Source of the DNA: Vairimorpha necatrix
Lineage: Eukaryota
Assembly (NCBI GenBank): GCA_036630325.1
Contig: CP142733.1
Span: 124,001 to 188,000, forward strand
Direction: 5' to 3'
Length of the DNA: 64,000 nt
The notes beneath the pieces are model-generated. The model ran no database searches and was not told the origin of the DNA. It saw nothing but the letters and a program-made list of their open reading frames with translations. Below are positions 50,348 through 60,935 of this stretch, in pieces (positions within the stretch are counted from its first letter, which is position 1; every line of letters begins with the position of its first letter). Position numbers and translations under genes: made by a program.

Positions 50348-51038
50348 TTTGTTTCATATTAATTTGTTGTACATAAATTACTATATTTCTTTTTAAAAGC
50401 TCTTTGCTTGTGCATTTTAGTTTAATATCTTACAATTTATTTTATAAGGCTAGAAAGTAGAGCAGAAATATCTCGTCGAATATAACTTACGAGATTCATT
50501 ATTACGGAGTTAAAACATGCAATAGACAACTGTGAAACATGTCTTATAAGGAAGAAATCGCATTTTGACAGAATGAGGATATGTGTGAGATGCAATGATA
50601 CTAGAAACTTCCGTATTGGTCTGATGACACTACTTAAGTATCAAAAACTATTTACAATAATAAAATATATTGTATAGCTTTTTTAGTGGATGTTAGAATA
50701 GTAAATGTTTATTCTTGACAAAATTTATATACAGCCGAGCAAATTGTGCCTAAAAGGTTTGTAAACAGAGTTTTTGTTGTATAATTATACAATCTCCCTA
50801 GGGTCCACCTTCTTTACTTATATTAAATTTGAATTTTTTTATATAACAACTCTACATGGACTTAAGCCCCACTAAAACCCTGCAAACATTGTTTAAATTA
50901 TATTTAAAAAATTTATTCGAATTTTAGTGCGATCGAACACTTAACGAAGGTCTCGAAAAAGATTTATATTTTTTATTTCTTCGTAGATTTCTTTTATGAC
51001 ATGAATTAATTGGTTTAATTATGCATAACAAAAAAAAT

Positions 51039-51770
51039 TGCCCAGCCTGTTGGTCGAAGGCAGAGTTTGCGATTTGACAATGCCGAGTGCGACCACCAGA
51101 TGCACCGAAATGTTTCTACTATCTGTGATGCAGTTGGAACAACTCAGATGATTTAAATGTCTACAATATTTACATAAAAGATTCAATGAAAATTGTGTGC
51201 GTCACGCCATAAGAGATTAGCATCTACCGTAGAAACCACCACAAGACCGAAAAATTCATATCCACTAGTGGAGACTATATGATACATAAAAGTATCAGAT
51301 AATATTGCTTAGTGAAGTCCGTGGCTAGTGCACTTTGTGGTGAGATCTCAGAGCTAACTAGACGCAATAGAGCAATAGAAAGTCTCGTGAGCTCTATGAT
51401 ACAGGATCCTGTAACACGGCGGCTGAAATTAGTGGAAGATGATGGTCAACGCAGCCCAATAAAATGTCGGGCTGAAAATTTGGGGATGTAAAGTGCCAGT
51501 GTTAGATGTAGATATTAATAGAGAAAATATAGTTTCCGCAGTGGGTTCCTTCTGAGTTATTAAACAACTCTTATTAAGTATATCAGTTGTAAAGTCGATC
51601 TGGACTTGACTAAGTGTATAGATAGGAAAATGTTCTCCTGGTGTCAAAGTCCAGTGAATACGACGGAGCTTGCTGCGCCAGCTAGTTATATAGAGGATGT
51701 TTTGGTAAGCAAGAATCTCACCCATGTCGTCTTGGTCTCTATGTAAGAAATCTGCCTTTACAAGCAAAAG
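51039..51770 (+). mobile_element. tRNA-headed SINE-like element, copy F
   Basis: Colinear from tgtttctact...gatgcagttggaacaactcag to ctatgtaag; central part diverged. Confidence 0.8.
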
Positions 51771-52354
51771 ATGAAATCTTTTTTATATTTTTTGCAAATT
51801 TAGTTCCAACAATCAAGTACAGATATCTAGTTTAGAAAACTAAATCTTAAATCAAAATCTTCTTTTAATATTGTACTTCGTAAGACTACACTTAAATGCA
51901 AACACCAAGTGCACTCTTTTGGTGATAAAATCGGTATAAATTTATATGAGAACACCACGCAAAATTGAATAAAATGTTTAAACACTTATGACAGTTTAAT
52001 TCATGTTTATGCCGACTATAATGCGACAAAATAGTATTTATTTGTGAAATTGTAAATATATTATGTATCTAATATTAAATAATGATTATATTTCAATATT
52101 ATAATTCTTTTCAGATTTAGTTTTGTGTATAAACATCTCACATATGTTTCATTTCAGTCAGTGATATTTCAATGTACTCATCAACATGCAAGATAATTAC
52201 TAATATTCAAAGTTGATTTATTTATTAAGACAAAAAACTTTACATTAGCTCAGTTATAAGTCAATTATTTTGTTCTTGTGCTAGAATAAATATTCTTCAA
52301 TATTTTTTTTGTATAAGTCTCAATGCTAATTTTCTTGGTTTTTTATACCCCTTT

Positions 52355-52633
52355 ATGTTTTTTTATATCAAAAAGCCCAGTTTCCTAGACTTCTCCAAAA
52401 AGGAATACGACAATGAACAGGTTAAAAGATTTACTGTCACACAGCGTGCCGGTGTCTCAAATACTAAACTTATCATTTATGATGATGATTCTGTGTATCT
52501 GAAAAATGGGTCTCAGTTTTTTAAGTTGTCTGAGTCTACAATGAATAAAAAGAATTATGTGGCCAAATTAGAAGATGAGAAATTAACTGTAGAAGAAAAT
52601 ATCGACAAGAAGTATTTTATACATAAATTGTAA
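52355..52633 (+). CDS. Small protein, possibly an RNA Pol III RPC4/C53 dimerisation domain
   Basis: CCCC-preceded ATG; KLIIYDDDSVYLKNGSQFFKL resembles the RPC4 C-terminal beta motif. Product assignment is tentative. Confidence 0.45.
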   Translation: MFFYIKKPSFLDFSKKEYDNEQVKRFTVTQRAGVSNTKLIIYDDDSVYLKNGSQFFKLSESTMNKKNYVAKLEDEKLTVEENIDKKYFIHKL

Positions 52634-52742
52634 AAAATAAAATCCACAAAAATATATTACCATATATTTATAATATGTTATCATATATTTTAAATTAATA
52701 TTAATGCGTCTTTAATTATATTGTATTTTATATTTATTTTTC

Positions 52743-53900
52743 TTAAAATCTTATTTTAAATCTTCCATCTTCTTCATATATTTTTATTCCTAATCTTTTA
52801 AAATAATATATCCCATCAATATAAGCATAATTTTCACTCTCAAATATACTCTTAAATATGTCTATATTCTCTCTTATTATTATACTTTTTATCTGATCAT
52901 TCATATCTGTATTAATCATTTCTCCTACAATATAACATGACTTATTTACTAAGTCCAAGTTTCCATCAACTAAGACATCTTCATAATTCATATCTGGTCT
53001 TTCATAATACACTCCTTTTTCTATATCGAGAATCTCAGCACTAAAATGCTTTTTTATATCTTCGTATGATGCACTAGTACTTATATTAAACTTATTATTA
53101 TTAACACCCTTTACATTTATAGAGTAGTCTTCTTTTTTTATAGAGAAATCTTCTATTGTTTTCTTCTTTAATATTATCTTACTTGTCTCTGTTATATTAA
53201 GATTTAGTCCTGTATATTTATCATTTATCCAGTCAGATTCGGAATTGAGATAATTTATAAATCTACAAATATCTGGACAATCTACTCTGACTGAAATATT
53301 AAAATATAAATTTATATGTAACACAATATCTAATAGGAAATTAGGAAACTCGACATAAATCTCTATAGGACTCGAAATTTGAGGATTGTTTCTATTAATC
53401 TTTAAGTTATTCTTGAGACACTCATTGAATGACTCAATAGTGTCTCTTTTTGTTTCTTTCTCAACATTTCCCCATAATATAAATTTTATATCTTTAATGA
53501 TCTTGACACTAGTGCATATTTTATTAACAAACGAAATATCACTAAAATACAATAAATCATTAATCTTGAACATACACCATCCAAAATACAGTCCAGAAGG
53601 AAGTACACAAATCTCCACTTTATTAAACATAATCTTCTGATTATAATTTATAAATATACAATTCTTATAAAATAAATCTGAAATATTTCTATTTTTATCT
53701 TGTTTATAAAGTAATTGTGTATAAACAGGCCTTGTTATGTAAATTGGTACATCTAAAGTAAGATACAATATTTCTATATTAGAAGAATTAGAAATGAATA
53801 TTGTATCAACAAATGGTATATTAGTGTGGTAGTCGAAGAGGAATGTGTTGTATGATGATATTATAATGTATGATGATCCTGTTTTCTTAATAAGAGTCAT
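52743..53900 (-). CDS. Inactive metallo-beta-lactamase/beta-CASP protein, INTS9-like (alternatively CPSF100-like)
   Basis: FLFD, DTIFISN, PIYITRP and PSGLYFGW resemble INTS9 DVILISN, VYATEP and SSGYALGS; no HxHxDH motif. Confidence 0.55.
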   Translation of the reverse strand: MTLIKKTGSSYIIISSYNTFLFDYHTNIPFVDTIFISNSSNIEILYLTLDVPIYITRPVYTQLLYKQDKNRNISDLFYKNCIFINYNQKIMFNKVEICVLPSGLYFGWCMFKINDLLYFSDISFVNKICTSVKIIKDIKFILWGNVEKETKRDTIESFNECLKNNLKINRNNPQISSPIEIYVEFPNFLLDIVLHINLYFNISVRVDCPDICRFINYLNSESDWINDKYTGLNLNITETSKIILKKKTIEDFSIKKEDYSINVKGVNNNKFNISTSASYEDIKKHFSAEILDIEKGVYYERPDMNYEDVLVDGNLDLVNKSCYIVGEMINTDMNDQIKSIIIRENIDIFKSIFESENYAYIDGIYYFKRLGIKIYEEDGRFKIRF

Positions 53901-54396
53901 TTACCAGGGTAGTGGATTTTTTATAAAATTCTGGATTTTTATAATTTGAAAAAATTCATGCTATTTATAGTTTTTTAGCATGAAACAAACAAAGTCATTT
54001 TGCATAAATACTAATAATTTTAATTTACATACCAATAAAAAAAACCGAGAAATTTACACATATGAATATTTTACAATTATATTATTGTGCTAAAATTAAA
54101 TTTTTCTACTACGATGTAATTGTAAGCTGGTGCTATTTAGTTCTAGTTGCTGCTATTTTTTGAAATTGTAAGTTCCTATTTAAACTTTAAAAAATTGCAT
54201 AATTTTTATCAAACAAACAAACTCAATTAAGCATAAATAGATTTTTTTCTGCATAAATTATTATGAAATTTTGATTCACAAATTTTTAAATTGGATGTGC
54301 CATCATATTCGAGATGTATTTAGTTTTGCATATACCATACTCAATTATAAAAATGACTTTTATGCATGTCTTAGTATTTTTTCTTACCCTCAAAAA

Positions 54397-56382
54397 ATGA
54401 AAATCTTGATTACTTCTGACAATCACCTTGGCTACAAAGAATCAGACCCTTTAAGACATGACGACTCTTTCAATACATTTGATGAGATCTTAAAACTTGC
54501 TGTATTTTATAAAGTTGATCTTATTTTACAAGTTGGCGATTTTTATCATGAAAATCGACCATCAAGATATTGCATAAATAGATCTATAAATATTTTAAGA
54601 AAGCACTTAACAGAAACCAGTAAAGACAAAGATGAATTTAAAGATGGACATGAACATGAATATAAAGAAGAATATGATGAACATATTTATATGAATAATA
54701 TTTATAAAGTAAATATCCCCATGATTTGTATACATGGGAATCATGATGACCCTTCAGGCTTTAATAAAATCTCAACTCTTGACATTTTAAATTCTGCTGG
54801 TCTCATCTCTTACATAGGCAAGGATATAAATCCTTGCCCTTTCCTACAATACGATAATATTAGAATATACGGTGTAGGTTATATAAAAGATAAAGATGTC
54901 TCAGATTTATTTAAGAATATAATCTTTAAAGATTTATCTTCTGATTTTTTTAATATTTTACTAGTACACCAGAACAGAGTCCCAAGAAATAGAGATTATC
55001 TCTGCCCGTCAGTGATACCCCATGAGTTTAATTTAGTAGTTTATGGTCATGAACATGATCCCTTGATAATAAGGAATAAGACATTATTACTCCAGTGTGG
55101 ATCTACAGTAAGAACAAGCCTGAGTGAAGCAGAGTGTAATGAGAAGTATTGTTATATATTGGAAGATGAGGATAAGTTATATAAAATTAGACTTAATAGT
55201 GTGAGACCATTTATAATGGAAGATAGTAATTTATATGAAGAGAAAGAGATAATTGAGTATATAAATAAGTTATTAGAAACGAAATTAAACCAGAAAGACA
55301 AGTCAAATCTAAAAGAGTATTATGTAGATGTAAAAGATGATGAGTCAAATCTAAAAGATGACCATGTTATAAAAGACAGAGATGATAAAATACACGATGA
55401 TATAAAAAGACAAAAACATTTTAATGATAATATGTCCATAAATGTCATGAATATGTTGAATCCCCTGAAATACTCCCCTCTTCTCCCTCTAGTAAGATTG
55501 AGGATCTTCACTACTAATACTCTTAATATTAATAAAAACAGACTCAGTCACATTTTCAAGGATAAAGTCAGTAACCCCCAAGACATGATCAAATTAATCC
55601 CCCCTAAGAAAGTTAAGAATAAGTCCAGTACGATAGTCTACCAGTCTCAGAATATTACAGAGATAATCTCCAGTCACCTGAAGTGTACCCCCCTTGAGTG
55701 TATTCCCGAGTACAAGTTTATAGAGCATTTTAATAAAGACAGTACATTTATAGACATGATAGAAGAGAATGTAGAGGAATATAGTAAGGAGATACAGTAT
55801 GAGAACTGTATGATAGAAGATTTAAGGGATGAGATAAGAAAGATCAAAGATAAATTAAGCGCAAGAAATAAATATGAAGATCAAGTCGAAGATAGTCAAG
55901 AAGATGTATTACAAGAAGATGTTATAGATGGGAATGAAGATGTTATTGATGGGAATGAAGATCAAGTCGAAGATAGTCAAGAAGATGTAGTACATGAAGA
56001 TGTTATAGATGAATATAGTAGTGAAAATGAACCAATAAATGTAGAAGAAGCCAATAATAATAATACAGTAAATATAAATATAGAAGATAATAATAATATA
56101 GTAGATATAAATATAGAAGAAGCCAATAAGTATACAGTAGATATGAATAATGACGTAAGAAATATTTTAGTCGGTAGAGATAGTAAAACTGTAAGGATGT
56201 CCCTTAATAATAATGTACTAGTCCATGAAGATATAATTAGTGACTTCAGTAAAGAAATTATAACTAGTAGTAGTTTTATTAAGCTTGAAGATTCAAAGAG
56301 TGGATTTATTAAGACGGATGAATCAGGAGTAAGGAAGATATATGAAGAAGAAGACAGTACAGATTTATTAATAGATTTCTAA
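54397..56382 (+). CDS. MRE11: Double-strand break repair nuclease Mre11
   Basis: MKILITSDNHLG, GDFYHENRPS, IHGNHDDP, HQNR, YGHEH, LPLVRLR; acidic repeat tail. CCC-preceded ATG at 54397. Confidence 0.95.
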   Translation: MKILITSDNHLGYKESDPLRHDDSFNTFDEILKLAVFYKVDLILQVGDFYHENRPSRYCINRSINILRKHLTETSKDKDEFKDGHEHEYKEEYDEHIYMNNIYKVNIPMICIHGNHDDPSGFNKISTLDILNSAGLISYIGKDINPCPFLQYDNIRIYGVGYIKDKDVSDLFKNIIFKDLSSDFFNILLVHQNRVPRNRDYLCPSVIPHEFNLVVYGHEHDPLIIRNKTLLLQCGSTVRTSLSEAECNEKYCYILEDEDKLYKIRLNSVRPFIMEDSNLYEEKEIIEYINKLLETKLNQKDKSNLKEYYVDVKDDESNLKDDHVIKDRDDKIHDDIKRQKHFNDNMSINVMNMLNPLKYSPLLPLVRLRIFTTNTLNINKNRLSHIFKDKVSNPQDMIKLIPPKKVKNKSSTIVYQSQNITEIISSHLKCTPLECIPEYKFIEHFNKDSTFIDMIEENVEEYSKEIQYENCMIEDLRDEIRKIKDKLSARNKYEDQVEDSQEDVLQEDVIDGNEDVIDGNEDQVEDSQEDVVHEDVIDEYSSENEPINVEEANNNNTVNINIEDNNNIVDINIEEANKYTVDMNNDVRNILVGRDSKTVRMSLNNNVLVHEDIISDFSKEIITSSSFIKLEDSKSGFIKTDESGVRKIYEEEDSTDLLIDF

Positions 56383-56403
56383 TTGTCTCTTAGAATCTTC
56401 CTT

Positions 56404-57102
56404 TTAGTATATTGATTTGTTGAAGTTATCTTTCTTAGTCCTTAAGTTTCCTAGTTCTTTCTCATTCTTGACTAAGAAGAAAGGGTTCTCTTTCTTCTCT
56501 TCTTTTATAGTAAGGAATATTCTCTCAGTTTCCTTATGTTTGATATGGGGACACTCTTTCCTTATGAAGTCCAGATTCCTCTTCTTATAATTATGCCCAT
56601 ATAGAAGTAGAATATCCTCGTCATATTCAGAGATCTTGTTTATGCATTTCATCATGTCCCCAGGGGTGCCTTCGAAGAAGCACCCCGTCCCCAAGTAGAA
56701 GATTGTGTCTCCAGTGCACATGTATTTATTGTCTACTAAGATGCAGATACTGTCTCTTGTATGACAGGGTGTCTTTATGCACTCTACTCTGATATCTCCT
56801 ATAAGTACTGTATTATTATCCTGTATTATGTCTGGTACTAGATCTTTGAGTATTCTGTCTCCTTTAGAGTGATCTTCATGATGATGAGTAGTGAAGGAGT
56901 AGAGTAATTTCCTTGGTTCTCTTTTAGGGAGATCTTCTATTTCTTCTGGTAAATAGAAGATATTGTCAAATGTTCTCTGGAGACAGTCTAAGAGGAGATG
57001 GGGTCTAGTGGAGTCTACTGAGAAGGCTATCTTGTCAGTATAAAAGAGATACATAAGATTCTCATCTTCTGAGACTCTTATTGCGACGAACTTAATATTC
57101 AT
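56404..57102 (-). CDS. GLO2: Hydroxyacylglutathione hydrolase (glyoxalase II) family
   Basis: TTHHHEDHSKG, TPCHT, TGDTIF..G.G.FFEG, GHNY, TIKEEKKENPF. Confidence 0.85.
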   Translation of the reverse strand: MNIKFVAIRVSEDENLMYLFYTDKIAFSVDSTRPHLLLDCLQRTFDNIFYLPEEIEDLPKREPRKLLYSFTTHHHEDHSKGDRILKDLVPDIIQDNNTVLIGDIRVECIKTPCHTRDSICILVDNKYMCTGDTIFYLGTGCFFEGTPGDMMKCINKISEYDEDILLLYGHNYKKRNLDFIRKECPHIKHKETERIFLTIKEEKKENPFFLVKNEKELGNLRTKKDNFNKSIY

Positions 57103-57232
57103 TTTATAAAAGGAGGGGTATAAAATTTATATACTATACTAATCTAAAATAATGTACTAGTATATAATGTACTAGTATATAATGTATTAGTCTACTATAA
57201 TCTATACTAATCTAATCTATACTATATCATTA

Positions 57233-58933
57233 TTAGTTATTCTTGTATACTAAGTATATCTTCATACATTTACTAAATCCTCTTACTTTCCTTTCTCCTA
57301 TATATTGATAATATATATTCTCAAGTATAGTGGCACAATTACAACAGAATACTCCTTTCCCTAGATTAGTCATCCTTGACGCCTTTATTAAGACATCTCC
57401 CATGAACTTGGGCTTCCTGTTCTCCATCTTAAAGAAATAATTCCCACAGGATATTCCTATACTCAAGTCTATCTTATAAGAAGAGTATACTTTCTTCATA
57501 TACAAAGCATATTCTAGTAACTTCTTTATATCTTGACTCATGTAGATCATCCCGTCTATCCCATTATCTTCTATTATAGTACAGTAATTTAGAGACTTAA
57601 ACTTCTTCAGGAGGGACTCCTGTTTCTTCTTATTTATATTTGGGAATTTGACACACATGAAGAATCTTAATTTAGTATCTCTTGTTATATTTTTAGTAGT
57701 GGAATATTTCTTAAGTATTTTAGTAGGGGACAAGACTGAGCACTTTTTAAAGTGGTCTATATTTAATTTATGTTTATTTGATTGATTAGTAATAATAACA
57801 CTATAATCATAATCTATAATATTAGATATATGTGATGTATTATATTCAGTATTAATCATATTTGATGTATTAATATTATCTAAATCGATTTTATCTAATT
57901 TAGTATTTAGATCGATTTTATCTAGATATGTAGTATCTATTAAGGGTAGAAGATACCACTGGCCTATATTGTCAAATATATATAAGTGCTCTTTATAAAG
58001 TATCTCCCTTCTCATAAAGTAATCATACATCACTCTCATTCTACTTGTCCTTATTATCACATTCTCCTCTGTAACACACACTAGACAGAACATTCCTCTT
58101 AAAGTTATCTTCTTCATTTTACTGTAAATTAAGTCTATCTTGTCTATCAGATTCCCCTGTATATTAGTCAGAATACAAGATAATATAAACTCTATATCTT
58201 CTATATCTCTAAACAAGATATAAAATCTATAAGATATATTATATATCTTATACTTCTTAAAGATACATCTATCAGTATTAATATCTCCTAGTGTCAACTT
58301 CTTATGTCTTGATATATTATGACTTGATATATTATGACTTGATATATTCCCTTTTTGATCTACTAAGAGTGTCTCTGCTTTTATACTCAGATTTCTTAAT
58401 TTATTATTTCTTAAGTCACAGAAGACTAAAGGCTTATCATAAGAAACAGAAGAAAGGAAATTTGATCTGAGATTTAAATAAGATAAATTTAAAGAATTAA
58501 GATTTAAAGAACTAATGAATTGATTATTAATAGTCAACTTATTAATTAACGAAAAAGATATTGAATTATCTAATAGATACATGCTATTTGTATAAGATAT
58601 TGAATTATTATATGATACATTATCTAATAATGCATATTTGGTGGTAGATATTATTCGGTAGGATATAAAGAAATACATTTCTCCTTCATAATAATATATT
58701 AGATCATAAATTGAGAATCTCTTCATTCTCCCATCTCTAATTATGTACAGATCTCTAGTGCTTATTTCTCCCGGGCTTATCTCTTTTAAGATGTACTCCC
58801 CAGAAGGATATTCAATGATGAGCTGGATCTTGTCAAGATCCACAGGGTGCATTTCTCTAGTGTACTTGTATTTGATGACCAGTCTATTTTTAGAATTAGA
58901 AGTAGATTTGTACAAAGTAAGAATATTCTGCAT
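57233..58933 (-). CDS. LRR + degenerate class III nucleotidyl cyclase (reduced adenylate-cyclase-like protein)
   Basis: LRRs (LSYLNLRSNFL, DLRNNKL); C-terminal IGISCG...FMGDVLIKASRM...IGERKVRGF. Confidence 0.55.
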   Translation of the reverse strand: MQNILTLYKSTSNSKNRLVIKYKYTREMHPVDLDKIQLIIEYPSGEYILKEISPGEISTRDLYIIRDGRMKRFSIYDLIYYYEGEMYFFISYRIISTTKYALLDNVSYNNSISYTNSMYLLDNSISFSLINKLTINNQFISSLNLNSLNLSYLNLRSNFLSSVSYDKPLVFCDLRNNKLRNLSIKAETLLVDQKGNISSHNISSHNISRHKKLTLGDINTDRCIFKKYKIYNISYRFYILFRDIEDIEFILSCILTNIQGNLIDKIDLIYSKMKKITLRGMFCLVCVTEENVIIRTSRMRVMYDYFMRREILYKEHLYIFDNIGQWYLLPLIDTTYLDKIDLNTKLDKIDLDNINTSNMINTEYNTSHISNIIDYDYSVIITNQSNKHKLNIDHFKKCSVLSPTKILKKYSTTKNITRDTKLRFFMCVKFPNINKKKQESLLKKFKSLNYCTIIEDNGIDGMIYMSQDIKKLLEYALYMKKVYSSYKIDLSIGISCGNYFFKMENRKPKFMGDVLIKASRMTNLGKGVFCCNCATILENIYYQYIGERKVRGFSKCMKIYLVYKNN

Positions 58934-59376
58934 AATCAAGGGTAAAAGAAAAAAAGAAGAAAAATATATTCATTTAGTTTAAGAGACTAGACGAAGTAGG
59001 GCAATAATTTAGAGATGATATAAACAAGGGATTTGAGATTTGTTATAGTTCTAATATATTATAACACTGTAATAATATATTATGATATTCTAATAATATA
59101 TTATGAAGGATTTATATATTACGACAGTATTAATAATATATTATGACATTCTTATATATTATTACTGTTCTAATAATATATTACTATTTTATAGATCTCC
59201 TTAAATTGCAACCTATAAAATGAGATTTAGTCTGTCAAATATGAAGTCATTCCATCAAATGAGATTCTGCATTTTATCAAATATGTAAGATTCTAATCAA
59301 ATATGTAAGATTCTAATCATGTGAGTTCATCCCCTTTTCTTTCTGTTCCTTTTCTATGTGATTTTTTTATCCCTTT

Positions 59377-59928
59377 ATGAATTGGTTCTCTACTACCCTC
59401 ATCAAGTCCCTCTTGTGTCTCGGTCTACACACTTGTCTCTTCTATTTCTCTCCATCTTACTTCTCTTTCTATCTCATCCTCTCTCTTCTTCTTCTTAATA
59501 TCTTCTTCATCTCATTCATCAAATATAAATCTGACATCTTCAGATCTAGATTCCTGAGGAAGCAATATAGACCATCTTGTACCTTATTAGTCACTGTATA
59601 TAGTCTAGAATTATCTATTACTACTATATTCTACTATTATAATACTAATATAATATGTATAATACTAAATTACAGTATACTGGGAATAAGTTATATATAC
59701 AGAAATAGTAGAGGGAGGAAGACGAGTCCACTAGAAAGAAATGAAGAGTTCTTTAAAATAGCCTTCTTGACAGAGAATTATGAAGTAAATGATAAGATTA
59801 TAAAGAAAGGGGAAGTGGTACAAATAGTGGATAAGAAAGGGGAGAATGTATTAATAAGGAATAGTACAGGGCAGAAGTATATAATACCAAGTAAAATAGT
59901 GAATGATGATATAGACCTCATACTATAA
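59377..59928 (+). CDS. Four-TM protein with a C-terminal SH3-like domain (Sho1-like)
   Basis: Four hydrophobic segments, then KKGEVVQIVDKKG...RNSTGQKYIIPSKIV. Confidence 0.6.
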   Translation: MNWFSTTLIKSLLCLGLHTCLFYFSPSYFSFYLILSLLLLNIFFISFIKYKSDIFRSRFLRKQYRPSCTLLVTVYSLELSITTIFYYYNTNIICIILNYSILGISYIYRNSRGRKTSPLERNEEFFKIAFLTENYEVNDKIIKKGEVVQIVDKKGENVLIRNSTGQKYIIPSKIVNDDIDLIL

Positions 59929-60158
59929 GCAAATAAATTTAAACATTAGTATTTAGATTATATATTTAGTTTTATATATTTATAATATATATTTAGATTA
60001 TAGGTATAATATTATTTAAGTTAGATTTATATTAATATAGATAAACTATGAGTAAAACAAATATAACATACTAACATAATATAACATATCAATATTTAAA
60101 CATAATAAAACATAATAAAACTTAATCTTACATATTAGAATATATTAATTATTGTAGT

Positions 60159-60674
60159 TTATTCAAGTAATATTCCCTCAAATGTATCTACAAACCACTT
60201 CTGAGCATCTTCTTTACTTATCTTCTGCTTATTCCCTATCTTACTTCTAAACCTCTTTCTCTTACTGACTCGATCTCCTGGTCTCTTCAAATCAACATAA
60301 AAATTCATCCCATAAATCCCTATATCTGGATCATATTTCATACCCAAATCAATATGCTCATTAATACCAAGTCCAAAACACCCTGTCTGATTAAAACAAT
60401 CTTTACTCAATTCATATTCTCTAACTTTAAGTGCTTTCTTAAGTATCTCCATAGCTTTATCTCCAGAGACATTCACATGGACACTTATCTTCTCATTACG
60501 TCTTATACCAAAATTCCTGAGTGTGTATCTGGCTTTAGAAAACAAACAATCTTGGGATGTGAGTTGTTTGAGAACTTTGGCGGCATTGTTTAAACGGGTG
60601 GATGAACCGCCACCAACGTTGATGACTATGGAGAGTTTTTTGATTTTTATTTCTCGCATTGGATTAATTTTCAT
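60159..60674 (-). CDS. RPL11: 60S ribosomal protein L11 (uL5)
   Basis: [50 protein letters not shown]-preceded ATG at 60674. Confidence 0.97.
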
Positions 60675-60698
60675 TTTTTTGGGGTCAAAAAAAAAACA

Positions 60699-60935
60699 GC
60701 ATAAAAAAAGAGAAGAAAAAATGGTCAAATATGTATAAAGTACTCTATACATATTCTAAACACTTTATAAAGAATATAGGCATAAAAAAAGAAAAGTAAA
60801 TGGGCAAATATGTATAAAGTACTTTATACAGATTCTAAACACTTTATAAAGAATATATGCATAAAAAAAGAAAAGAAAAATGGTCAAATATGTATAAAGT
60901 ACTTTATACATATTCTAAACACTTTATAAAGAATA
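60699..60935. repeat. ~80 bp tandem repeat, 3 copies, in the RPL11 upstream region
   Basis: gcataaaaaaag...caaatatgtataaagtact.tataca.attctaaacactttataaagaata at ~60699, 60780 and 60859. Confidence 0.9.

Noticed and set aside
54271-54396. Upstream ORF extensions in the ORF track (also 15125, 15232, 26183, 29403, 60752, 62507)
   Set aside because: They read through AT-rich upstream DNA; homology, a signal peptide or the CCC motif points to downstream ATGs.
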